64,000 bases of DNA, from contig CM052816.1 in the NCBI GenBank assembly GCA_028534125.1, positions 97,094,001 through 97,158,000 of the forward strand, written 5' to 3'. This stretch comes from Lama glama (Eukaryota). Below are positions 11,260 to 22,175 of this stretch, one piece after another (the first letter of the stretch is position 1; each line of letters begins with the position of its first letter). The notes under the pieces are model-generated. The model did no database searches, was not told the DNA's origin, and saw only the letters and a program-made list of their open reading frames with translations. The position numbers and the translations under genes were made by a program.

Positions 11260-11629
11260 CTGCCATCTTGCCTTCTTCCCTGTTCACATTTAGATTGTGG
11301 TCGGAGCTCTGCTATTTGATTTGCATTTTATTGCATCACCTCATTTTTGTTTCTATCTTATCCTTGAGGTTCCTTGCACTTTAGTCTATTAATTTAAAAG
11401 TATTTTTGCACTGTGCTCATTTTTGTAAGCTTCTTAAGGGACAGATCTAAATAAAATACGCACAGACATGTAGACAAATAGGTAAGCAGTTTTCCTTGAT
11501 CGTCTTGTTGCTCAAATGGAGACAGATGGGTTGGATGATGAGCCTTAGAGAGACTCTGTTGATGGAGAACTATAACCAAGAATTGCTCATTCATGGCTCT
11601 GGAACTAGCCACCACCCATGTGGATGACT

Positions 11630-11900
11630 GGAATTCTACTTGGACATCTTAGTGAAAACTCAAACTTGGAAGTCTAAAACTAATATGATCTTTGAATCTC
11701 CCATAAACAGCTCTTATTCTTGACTCCTGTACTTTTGTTAATGGTGTCATCAATTTCAAATCCCTAAATTAGAAACCTGAGATTCAGACAGCCCCCTCCA
11801 TCCTGATTCCTCAGCTCCCAAGCCCATCTCCCTCAGCCATGCTTCTCTCATTCACCCCTTTCTTTAATTTCTTAGGATCATTGGTTATTCTCTGATCACT
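11630..11900. mobile_element. Probable L2 LINE relic
   Basis: TCTACTTGGACATCT...AACTCAAACTT...GTCTAAAACT and AGAAACCTGAGATTC segments resemble L2; very degenerate. Confidence 0.45.
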
Positions 11901-11939
11901 ACTTGCTAAAACCAAGAAGTTCACTAAATAATTGCTAGC

Positions 11940-12120
11940 ACTTTTGAGTCAGACAATGTTGGCTTCAGCTCCAGGTTCTACAGTCATCAGCTGTATGGCC
12001 TTGGCTGAGTCACATAACTGCTCTGTGCCTCAGTTTTCTCATCTGCGAATTGAAGCAATAACTACCAGTCTCGTAGGGTTGTGGCTAAGATTAGATGAAT
12101 TCATGGGGACAACGTGTTCA
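11940..12120 (+). mobile_element. MIR SINE relic
   Basis: Contains the MIR core CTCTGTGCCTCAGTTTTCTCATCTG, followed by GGGTTGTGGCTAAGATTAGATGA. Confidence 0.75.
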
Positions 12121-12639
12121 GTCTGCACCCGTGGGGCCCAGGACTTATTTGGTTTCCTTCATGGTGGGTTAGAGAAGCACATGACTTTGCTTGAGGTGAA
12201 AGGCATCTCAGAGGAAAATGGCAGCAAGAACTGCTTTACGCCCCAGTGTAGGACCCCCGCTCCTCCCGCCTCCACACACGGAGCATCCTGCACAGACTTA
12301 CGGCTTTGACAATGACCTAAGTGTTTGGCATGTTAAGTACCCTTTAGCTTTGCGGTCTGTACAGCAAAGAGTGATGGTTCTTCTTTCAGTTTTTGTTTCC
12401 TGTTAGTAGCAGGAGGGCGTTTCTCTCTGCTTCCCAGGCACCACGACAGCTTTGGTGTTTGTGCAAAAATAGGCAGCGCTGGAATATTGCTTTTCATTTC
12501 AGCAGGGACCAAAACTATCTTCTACTTTTTCCAGTAAAGGGAACTATGGTTATGAGTTTCAACACACACTTTAGTTACTAAGAAACCAGCAGCAGAAGAG
12601 CAGAGAATGATTCGTGACGTCTCCCTGGTCAACTTGGTG

Positions 12640-12965
12640 GAGTGTCCTAATGTCTGTGTTCCCCCAAAATTCACATGTGGGGGCCTAATTCCCAATGGGA
12701 TGGTATTAGGGGGTGGGGCCTTTGGAAGGTGATTAGGTCAGGTGGGTGGAGCCCTCATGAATGGGATTAGTGCCCTTGTAAGAAGAGACTGGAGAGAGCT
12801 GCCTCCCCTCTCTGCCCTCCATCTGCACTGCGTGAGGACACAGAGAAGACGGCCGTCTGCAACCCAGGAAGAGGGCCCTCCTCAGCCTTCAGAGCCATGA
12901 GAAATAAATGTTTCTTGTTTGTGACCCGGTCTATGGCATTTTTTCACAGCAGCCCAGCCGAGACA
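12640..12965 (+). mobile_element. MaLR solo LTR (MLT1A-like)
   Basis: AATGTCTGTGTTCCCCCAAAATTCACATGT...GGTGGGGCCTTTGGAAGGTGATTAGG...GAGAAATAAATGTTTCTTGTTT, typical of MLT1/MST LTRs. Confidence 0.8.
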
Positions 12966-14074
12966 CTCTAACATTCCCAGACACCATCCATGCTCACCCA
13001 GCATTGGAGTTGCTGTTTGCATACATGACTTTTCCCAGACTGTCAACTCCGGAGGGCAGTTCCAGAGGGGCGGTCACTAACCAGGAGCTGGCACTTGCCA
13101 TAGCAGGTAAAGAAAATGTCTGCTGGATGACCTGCTAGCTAAACAAAATCCCCAACAGCCAAGCAGCTCCTAATTCAGGCCGAGAGGGCGCTGAAAAACA
13201 GACCCCGTGCATGTGGACGAGCGGAGTTCATTGCTCCGCGCTTTGTCGGTCAGCTCGGTTTGGCTCACAGACTGAGCCAGCAGGTTCAGGAATCTCACGA
13301 GAGGCTCACTGGAGCCTGGGGTCTGATTTGCCAGATGGAGGGAGCAGAATAACAGAGCAATGCTAGCGCTAGCCGCAGTGGTACGTCTACGGGGCGGACT
13401 CAGCTAGAAAGAGACGGAGCGGGAAGTCGTGCTTGCAAAACAGCAACCACGCTCCACCCACACCCCTGGCCCGCTGTCAGATTTGTTTGCATGTAATAAA
13501 TAAGTAAACTTTGAAACTCATTTGAAACCTTTTCCAAATAGAGAATTTAAAATAAAATTTTAAATAAAATAATAAAAAAGAGCAATAACCCAAATGCTTA
13601 CAAATTTTTAATAAGCACCAGCACTCACACCTGGATAGGAATAAAAGCTCCCTGTTACCTCTTGCTTCTCTGCCTCTTCCCTTCCCCATTATTCTGACAC
13701 CACAAGTTATTTCCTTCCAAAGTGTCACTGGCCATGGGCATCACTCTGTTTGAAACTGAATAAAAGCTAGAGGTTTGGCTTATCACAGCAAAAATACAAT
13801 CAAGCATGGGTTTAAAGGAAAGCTCTCATCTCTGTACTTTGCTTTTGACTTATTTAAGGTCTTAGTAAAATTTGTTTTTAGAAGATCAAAACCAATTTAC
13901 GTAATTGCTAAGACCACAGTTAACCCCATTCATTGATTTGGGCACGAAGGATGGACTTCCTTTACGATAGGGCGGGCAAAGACCCTTCGGGGGTGAGTCG
14001 GTGTGGCTCCAGAGTGCAGCCGAGGGAACGGGGCAATAGGGAATGGTGTGGAGTGTGGTAAACTGGGGAGAAGG

Positions 14075-14574
14075 NNNNNNNNNNNNNNNNNNNNNNNNNN
14101 NNNNNNNNNNNNNNNNNNNNNNNNNNNNNNNNNNNNNNNNNNNNNNNNNNNNNNNNNNNNNNNNNNNNNNNNNNNNNNNNNNNNNNNNNNNNNNNNNNNN
14201 NNNNNNNNNNNNNNNNNNNNNNNNNNNNNNNNNNNNNNNNNNNNNNNNNNNNNNNNNNNNNNNNNNNNNNNNNNNNNNNNNNNNNNNNNNNNNNNNNNNN
14301 NNNNNNNNNNNNNNNNNNNNNNNNNNNNNNNNNNNNNNNNNNNNNNNNNNNNNNNNNNNNNNNNNNNNNNNNNNNNNNNNNNNNNNNNNNNNNNNNNNNN
14401 NNNNNNNNNNNNNNNNNNNNNNNNNNNNNNNNNNNNNNNNNNNNNNNNNNNNNNNNNNNNNNNNNNNNNNNNNNNNNNNNNNNNNNNNNNNNNNNNNNNN
14501 NNNNNNNNNNNNNNNNNNNNNNNNNNNNNNNNNNNNNNNNNNNNNNNNNNNNNNNNNNNNNNNNNNNNNNNNNN
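14075..14574. other. Assembly gap (500 N)
   Basis: Exactly 500 N, the same size as the other two gaps, so a placeholder. Confidence 0.99.
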
Positions 14575-14809
14575 CAATCTCTCTGCACAGAGCCCCCTGC
14601 TGGGGACTCTGGGAACACCACATAAGACCCGGCACCTGCTACAACCTGGATGTTGGATAAGCAATGCACATCGACATGTAAGCAGGAAAGCACGTGGGAG
14701 GAAAGGAAACAGGGTCTAGACGCAGGAAGTCGGGTGAGGCAAGGCTGCCCCGGTCAGGGTGCAGGAGAGGCTCCTACGAAAGAGGGAGCCGTGGCGCTGC
14801 TGTTGGGTG

Positions 14810-14990
14810 AGATCTGAAAACAGGGTGTCTTCCCCGCACATCAGAATCGCCTGGGGAAACTGCGGAAATGGGATTTCCAGCTCCCACCCCCACTCCGACT
14901 CCTAGGTGTCTGGAGACCACGCCCAGCAACCAGCACAAGTGGCTCTGATGCAGGTGGCGGGTGCACCCGGCCTGAAGGCCATCTGAGTAG
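14810..14990. mobile_element. Possible MER5-like hAT DNA transposon relic
   Basis: CACATCAGAATCGCCTGGGGAA and GTGGCTCTGATGCAGG resemble MER5 segments; degenerate. Confidence 0.4.
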
Positions 14991-15977
14991 ACCTTGCTGT
15001 TGTTCGGCACAAAAGCACAGTGCATGTTTGAGGGCTGGTGAGGACACTGGAGGGAGAGGGAGGAGGTGGGTCAGGGGGCCCTGTCCTGGGAGTGGAGAGG
15101 ACAAGAAGGTGTGGGTGGTGTCAGAGAGCTGGGTGTCCCTGGAAAGCTGGAAATGTGAGATCCCAGTGTGGCCCAGTGGTGAGGAAGGTGGATGATGGTT
15201 TGGGCAGGGGTGAATACACAGGTGGGTAGACCAAGTCTTACTTGAGATCCCTGATGGAGAGGAGGAGGGATTGGGAAGAGAACAGGGAAATGTCCGCAGG
15301 AGGATGCATGAAAGTGAAGGGCCTGGAAGCTGAGCGGGAGAGGACTTCCCAGAGGAAGCGGCCACCGGCTCTATCAGAGGCAACAGATGGAATGCAATCT
15401 GACTTGGATTTTGGAATTTGGAAGTGCTTCCTGATCTTTAAGAGTGGAATGTCTCACATCAGCATTGGTGAGGGTCAGGGGTGAGGGCTATCCATCCAAA
15501 AACTGTGCAAAAAATTAGGGAAGGGAGAGAACAGACCTGGAGAAACTGGGTGAGGATCTAGGAGACCAGAGTCTTGTGGAGGCAGAGTCAGGACCAGGGA
15601 GACAGATGGACACGGTAGACTGAAGGGATGATGGAGGATGGACACCCCACGGACCCCGAGTGCTGGGTGGGTCTCACGTGCTGGTGCCTCTGCAGATCCT
15701 TGCCAAGGCTGTCGGGAGCTAAGGTCTGGAGGTGGGGTGACTGGGTCAGGTGCCCCAAGTGGCCCACAGGAGGGGAGATGAGCTGGAGAGGCCTCTGGGT
15801 CAGGGCTGGGATGAGGGCAAAGAGAGCGAGGCACTCGCCTCAGGTGCAGAATTCAAGGGGACACCCAAAAGCTCAAAATCATGAGAAAGAGTACCCTACA
15901 GCATGGTTAGAAAATCAACATTAATGCAGAAGATTCCAGAATGAACTAAAATACTGAAATTTCAATAAAGACAAGGC

Positions 15978-16195
15978 TGTGAACTGAACTGTGCCCCCTC
16001 GAATTCCTATCTTGAAGTCCTACCCACAAGGTCTCCCTCCCTCCCTCCCTCCCTCCCTCTCTCTCAAGCCAGGAAGAGTGCCCTCACCAGGAGCCCTGCC
16101 CGCAGGGCCTCAATGTGGGATCTCCAGCTCCGGAGCTCTGACAAAACCAATCTCTGTTGTTTAAGCTGTCCAGCCTGCGGGGTTTAGTACGGCCC
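15978..16195 (+). mobile_element. MaLR LTR relic (MLT1-like, internally deleted)
   Basis: ACTGAACTGTGCCCCCTCGAATTCCTATCTTGAAGTCC start and AATCTCTGTTGTTTAAGC...CCAGCCTGCGG end. Confidence 0.65.
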
Positions 16196-16689
16196 TGGGA
16201 CGACTCCTGAACCGGGTTCTGACAGGGCTGTGCTGAGCATCTGAGAGCCCGGGGCAACAGAAGATACGTCCCTCCCTGTACACATAATTTTATGTTACTC
16301 TTTTAACGGATAATTTTTTCCAGATTATTTAAGGTGTTGAAAAGTATGTTTTCCTCTACTAAAGCCAGGAAAGTAAAAACAGAATTAGTTCTGCTTGGAG
16401 TCTAAATAAGATATTTGAAATTAAAATAATGTTGTGCATTTTAATATCTTTATTTTACAAATTCCCAGCAGTTTTTCAACACTTTAACATTCTGGCAATA
16501 AAAACCCAACCCTTAAAGATACACAACCCCACGTAAACAGGGGTGCCCACTTTTCCTTCTGCGCCGGGCGCCAAGACGGCCTGGGAGGGCGCTGCTTAGG
16601 ACCCGAGATGGGTTCTTCCCAGGTGTACCTTACTGCCTGTTTCTTCTCTTTATCCCTAAAGTAGTGCATTGAAAAATAATCATCTAAAT

Positions 16690-16937
16690 TAGGAGTTTGG
16701 GATAAACAGATACACACTACTATATATAAAACAGATAAACAACAAGGACCTACTGTAGGGCACAGGGAACTATATTCAATGTCTCGAAATAAACTATAAT
16801 AGTAAAGAATCTAAAAATACATGTACGTGTATATATATGCGTATGTTCAGCTGAATCGCTTTGCCATACACCTGAAGCTAACACTGTACATCAACTACAC
16901 TTCAATAAAAAATAAAATTAAAAAAAAGAAAAAAACA
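16690..16937 (+). mobile_element. 5'-truncated L1 3' end with poly(A) tail
   Basis: GGAGTTTGGGAT...CACAGGGAACTATATTCAAT...CTTCAATAAAAAATAAAATTAAAAAAAA; same family as 20243, 50796 and 61660. Confidence 0.85.
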
Positions 16938-17019
16938 ATAATCTGGGAGCCAACGCCTGAGGAGAGGACATGGAATACATATTACCCTGTTCACTTGGAA
17001 AAATACCGGTGTTAACTGT

Positions 17020-17345
17020 GACGCAGCCGTCTCCCGGCCCAGCCTCTGGCCCAGAACATTAAGAGGGAAGAGGACGGCCTCCCGGCGTTCGTGGCGGGGG
17101 CGGCCCTGTTGGAGCTGCTGCCCCGCCACGGGCGGTGGGGGTGGGGGGCGAGCTGGGCACGTGGGGGCTGAGCTCCTCCTCCCTTTGGGGGACTCCACCT
17201 GCCTACAGCAAGTTGTGCTCTGGAAAGTTCTGTTCCTCTGTGCGGCGCCCACCGCCTCAGCCCCGCGGGAAAGCGAGCGGGTGCCGGGCAGGGAGCCCGC
17301 CGTCCTTAGGGGAAAGGCGCGTCTTGTTTGTTGACCCACGAGTTT
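17020..17345. promoter_or_regulatory. Small intragenic CpG-island-like segment
   Basis: Visibly GC- and CpG-rich, with GGGGGCGG and GGGCGG boxes. Function not shown. Confidence 0.4.
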
Positions 17346-17809
17346 CCAAGCATACACCCACCCACACACTCAGAAACAGAACACAACCTGACACAAAATC
17401 CTCAAAAGCCCTAGGTGATGCTCAATTTTCTCCAAATTTCCTTTTCAACCAAACTTCGAGGTGGTCAGCTTGTTTTCCAACCACACTGCTTTAAATCAGA
17501 AGACCAGGAGCCCCCCCTCTATGTAAACAGCTCTAAGCGACTTCCCTGTGTATTTATCTGGGGTCGAGCAGCTATGGGATTGGCTGGTTTTTGCCACCTT
17601 GTCTGCCAGAGAAAGGAGTTCTGCGAACAGACCCTCGGAAGCCTCCCGGATTCTCATCTTTTCTCATGAGCCCTTAATCCCTGAGGCTGAGCTTGTGCCT
17701 GCAACACAAGGCACAAGCTCAGTGGGTCACTCGCTGCCTGACGGTTCTGGCTGTGGCTCGGGCGCCCTGTGTGCGGGGCCGGCGCTCAGGCGCGGGCCGC
17801 TGTCTGTAC

Positions 17810-17917
17810 CTGGGCGTGCTCCTGGCTGGGCACGGCGCTCAGACCCGTCGCTGCCATGTACGTGCTGCCGATGGTCTTGATCTTCTCAACTCCGCTGAAC
17901 TTCGGCTTGGACAGCAG
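17810..17917 (-). CDS. ADCY2: ADCY2 exon 22 equivalent
   Basis: LLSKPKFSGVEKIKTIGSTYMAATGLSAVPSQEHAQ. AG at 17918-17919, GT at 17808-17809; 108 nt. Contains EKIKTIGSTY with the ATP-specifying Lys. Confidence 0.98.
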
Positions 17918-19648
17918 CTGGGAAGCAATGACAGTCATCTGGTTACTCCACCGGCTGCCGACCCAAGGCCAAGCACGCTCTGGAGGCGTTTTCAAATTCC
18001 AGTTTCACAGTAACGTGAACTTGACACGCCTATTCACCCTTCGACCTTGGGCTTCACTGGGAAAGAACACTTCATGCATTTCACAAAGAGCGTGCCCTTG
18101 GAAGGAACTGTGGTACAATGATCTGCTTCTAATTCACATGAATTGCCTTTCAGAATTTGCTACTGAAGGAAATAGGATAAATGATGATGTGGGTGATAAT
18201 GACCACAAATAAATCTCCCCCTCTGTGTCTGAAGGGCCTAAATATAAAAGCAGGATTCAGTGAGTGGGGTCTTCCTTGCATGGTGACGGTGATGTACGCC
18301 CAACCGCAGTGCTGAGGACTGGCTTTCGCTCTCTGGAAACTGGGAGTGGAAGGAACAGAGATCTAGAGTGGCTTCCCCCCACCAGCCCTCACCCTAGTAA
18401 CCTTTGTCCCAGTTTCTGGCATCAGTAACCAGCTTCCTACTGGGCTCCTCCCCATCCACTTCGTTAGGGGACGGAGGAAAGGTCAAAATAGAAGCCGTAG
18501 GGAAGAGAAAGACTGGGTGGGAGAACACATGAGGGAAACTCTGGAAGATTCTGTGTCTGCTCAGGAGAAGAATGGCATTAACAGAAGGCTGGGAGCATCT
18601 TCCTGACCCTTCCTTGGTACCCGGCTTTCAGAGGAGATTCTTTCCAGATCACACGTTAGAGAATCTAAGATAGGTGATAAAGCCCACTGTCACACGTCCC
18701 TGAGCCGGGCCAACCTGAACAAACACTGTCACTCACCCCCTGGTACTGGAGAACATTTATTTTACTGAGCGGCAGCTGGAGCAAATGTGCCACCGTTTTC
18801 CACTATGAACGGGGCATACGAGTGGAGATGTCTAGTGCCATTACTTCACCAAGAGCCTTGAGTTAACCTCATGGCGACAGCAGCAGTGAGAAATGCACAG
18901 GTCCCACGAGACATTTAGAAGGTTGGCCTGAAACCATCATATGCACAGTTTCATCACTGTATTTCAAAGTTCCACGAATCACGATGAAGCTACATTCACG
19001 GATGTCAATTTTCCTATATTTGCACAATATTGTTAAGAATGGTGTGGTAGCAACATCCTGAAACCCAGAGAGAGGTCTGTTTGTTCTTACTGGAACACGA
19101 AATGCGCTGTTGCCTTTGTAGGCAGAAAATTGAACACTGAGAAATGACATCTATTTCAGAATCTAAAACATTCATTTTGTCCCTTCTAAAATACAGTTCA
19201 CCCCATGCCTACTGGTTTTCAATAATAAAGGATGCCACCCACACCCCATTTAGGTTGATATCTGACAGACATGCCAATAATCTACTGTGATAAATATATT
19301 CATTATCTTTTTACATATAAGGAGATGAGCGAGTATTTTCCTTGGACTTCAAGGCTTTCAAGAAAATCCATGTGCACACTGGGTAGATATTTATTGAACA
19401 GATGTTGGCAGTTGTTCCTAGCACTCATGCTAGCTTTAAAAATAACATGTGTTTGCCTCACCCCAAAGACTCAGTGACCTGAACAGAGCAAAAAGCTTTA
19501 ATGCCCAACACCAGAAATTAGGCCAAAAGGCAAGTTTTAAGATATTCCAAGATACTGGGCCACCTTCAGGTTTGCCAGCCCACAGGAATGCGAGCGTGTG
19601 GGCCTGGGGCTTCCCCCCGCCCGCCCAGGGTAACTCTGAAGTACCTAC

Positions 19649-19795
19649 ATCGTCAAAGTCAGCGATGATCTCGTTGAGGAGCCGGAGACACTCCAAGCCC
19701 TCCTTGTTCACGTCGGACTCTGTATAGAACTCTTTGAAATCCGGAATAGAGGCGAACATGACGCAGACGCAGTCGTAGGACTGGTGGTATAACTC
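19649..19795 (-). CDS. ADCY2: ADCY2 exon 21 equivalent (start of C2a)
   Basis: [51 protein letters not shown] at 19796-19797, GT at 19647-19648; 147 nt. Confidence 0.98.
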
Positions 19796-20242
19796 CTGCC
19801 GGGGGGAGAGGAGAGCTGAGCACCAGGAAACTTTTCAACATGCAGGCTCTTCATCCAAGAGTTTCTTTAACTTAGGGCTGGTAAAGGAGTCAGCCAGCGC
19901 CCAGTCCCCTGGCCCCACCGCAGTCCCAGGCCATCCTAGACACCAGTCACTGATCACAGGTCAAGGCTTCCAGCGAGCGGGGTGCGGGCTCAGAACCCGC
20001 ACCCTGCACTCCCCGCTTCCACCTGTTAGTAGGAGGCGCCCCTGCAGGTAAACCTCTCTGCTTCCCTCCCTCAGACAATCACAGGAGACCAAAGGCTCCT
20101 GACTTAGGCAAATGACTTCCCAAACTACTGTACTGTACTACAGTGACTCTTTATGGCTACAGCTTTTGGAGTGAAGGCTTCATGAATTTTCCTTTTTAGT
20201 GTCCGCTGAAAGGAGCAAATAAAACCCATCAAGTTATTTCTT

Positions 20243-20320
20243 CTTTTTTTAATTGAAGTATAGTTGATTTAACAATGTGGTGTTAATTTCTGGTGTACAT
20301 CACACTGATTATTTATATAC

Positions 20321-20364
<44 letters not shown>

Positions 20365-20848
20365 TCCTTTTCATATTCTTTCCCGTTATAGGCCATTATA
20401 AGGCATTGAATATAGTTCCCTGTGCTGTACAGTAGAACCTTGTTCTCCACTTTATATCTAGTAGTTAGTATCTGCAAATCCTGAACTCCCAAGGTATCCC
20501 TTCCCACTTCCTGGTAACCAAAAGTCTGTTTTCTACATCTGTGAGTCTGTCCCTGTTTTGTAAATAAGTTCATTTGTGTCCTTTTTTTTCTTTTTTGATT
20601 CCACATATAAGTGGTACATAGCATTTTTCTTTCTCTTTCTGGCTTACAGAAATTCCTGGCTGCACATGGCATTCTTTTACTTTTGCATGGCTGAGTAGTA
20701 TTCCATTGTATAAATACACCTCTACTTCCTTATGCAGCCATCTGTCAATGGACACTTAGGTTGTTTCCATGTCTTGGCTGTTGTGAACACTGCTGCCGTG
20801 AGCACTGGGGTGCAAGTATCCTTCCGAATCAGAGCTTCCTCTGGATGT
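20243..20848 (-). mobile_element. 5'-truncated L1 (3' UTR and end of ORF2) containing a (GT)n(AT)n microsatellite at 20321-20364
   Basis: Poly(T)-AATTGAAGTATAGTTGATT start, ATTGAATATAGTTCCCTGTGC, and GTAGTATTCCATTGTAT...CATCTGTCAATGGACAC. Confidence 0.85.
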
Positions 20849-22039
20849 AAGAACTAGTGAAATTCCTCAGACTACTTACTCACATCGTATTAGACACCAA
20901 TAATAATGCTCAGGATATCCTTTTGTTTTTAAATAGAAAGAGGCACACGGCTCTTTGTCCATAGGCATGAGTAAAATTACAGTGTCCATAACTGAAATGG
21001 GGTTTCCATGATTTTCCCAACATACGGTGAAACCTTCAAGTTCAGTGGAGATTTCAGAAAGGAAGGGTGGTCATGCGGGCGTGGGGGTCTGCTCTCCCAA
21101 GGGTGCTGGCTCCTTGGGGCCCTCGCACAGTCTGACATGGGCGGAGTGGCCAGGTGCCAATGTGGGTGCCAGACACCTGGGAAAGGCCCCCCCACCACCA
21201 GGAAACGGGAGGAGAGTTCTGCTAAACAGGATGGCGACCTCTGAGTGGATGAAGGAACGCTAGTGACTGGCGCTTCCTGTGTGCTGAGCAGAGCGAGGGC
21301 CTCCACCCTGCGTGAATGTGACCCACGTGCTCTGCTCTCCGGGGCACTGAGATGAATCCCTTGGTGGGGAGCGAGCACTGCACCACACTCCAAGCACCAC
21401 ATTCCGAGGTTCGATGCTCTCTCAGAAGAACCATCTTTCCTCCACTGAGGTCTCAACGCACAGCGACCCATGGCAGGTCACGACCACTTCCCGGAAAAGC
21501 TAGACTCATCTTCCTCCTGTTCTCAGGGCCAGCCAGCCTGTGACGCCTTCTGCCACTGCCTCACTGTCGGTATAAGACACGTGAACAATATAATCAAGGT
21601 CTTCCTTTTCTACGCTGCTGTCAGTGTGGGTGAGCTGGCTCTCTGTGCAGACCTGCACTTCCTCTGTCTGAAACATTGTTTTTGTGAACACTCATCTCCT
21701 GGGAAAACAGCCGGTGGCACGTGTCACTGCCAAGTTTAGGTTCCAGTGACACTGGCTAAGCCAGGGTGGCAGGGTAACAGGGGAGAGAGAAAATCCTAGA
21801 AGCCTGTTCTAGTTAAAAATGCGTTTCATAAGAGTAGCATAAACGCAGTGACTTCCCTGTTCTTAATGAAAAGAAGGCAAGGATATATATGCTGCTCCCT
21901 GCGTTTCCCCAGTGTCTGCTGACGTCAGCCAGAGGGACCCTCTGGGGAATGGTGATGATGTCCAGAACATGCACGAAAATCACCAGCCCTGCGTGAGTGC
22001 CCGCTGCGTGGCAGCACGTGCACGCTTCCCAGCACTAAC

Positions 22040-22175
22040 TTGCCCCTGACGGCAAGCCTTTCCTTTTGTTCTCAATCTGCAGACAGGGAAACTAGGCACA
22101 GAGCAGTCACGTTACCCGCCCAAGGTCGCAGTTACCAGTCTGACTGCAGAGCTCACTTTCACAAATGCTGCACTT
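22040..22175 (-). mobile_element. MIR SINE relic
   Basis: GCAGACAGGGAAACTAGGCACAGAG...CCCAAGGTCGCAG...CAGTCTGACTGCAGAGC. Confidence 0.55.

Noticed and set aside
13930..14074. Abrupt switch to G-rich, CpG-containing sequence before the gap, suggesting foreign DNA
   Set aside because: It sits at a contig end, where low-quality bases are expected, and has no recognisable coding or vector content.
13886..14719. Long ORFs spanning the N runs (also near 31000 and 53500)
   Set aside because: Artefacts of translating N.
19793..19798. CAGGAG tandem acceptor (NAGNAG) at exon 21, and also at exon 23
   Set aside because: A distal GAG is rarely used when a proximal CAG is present.
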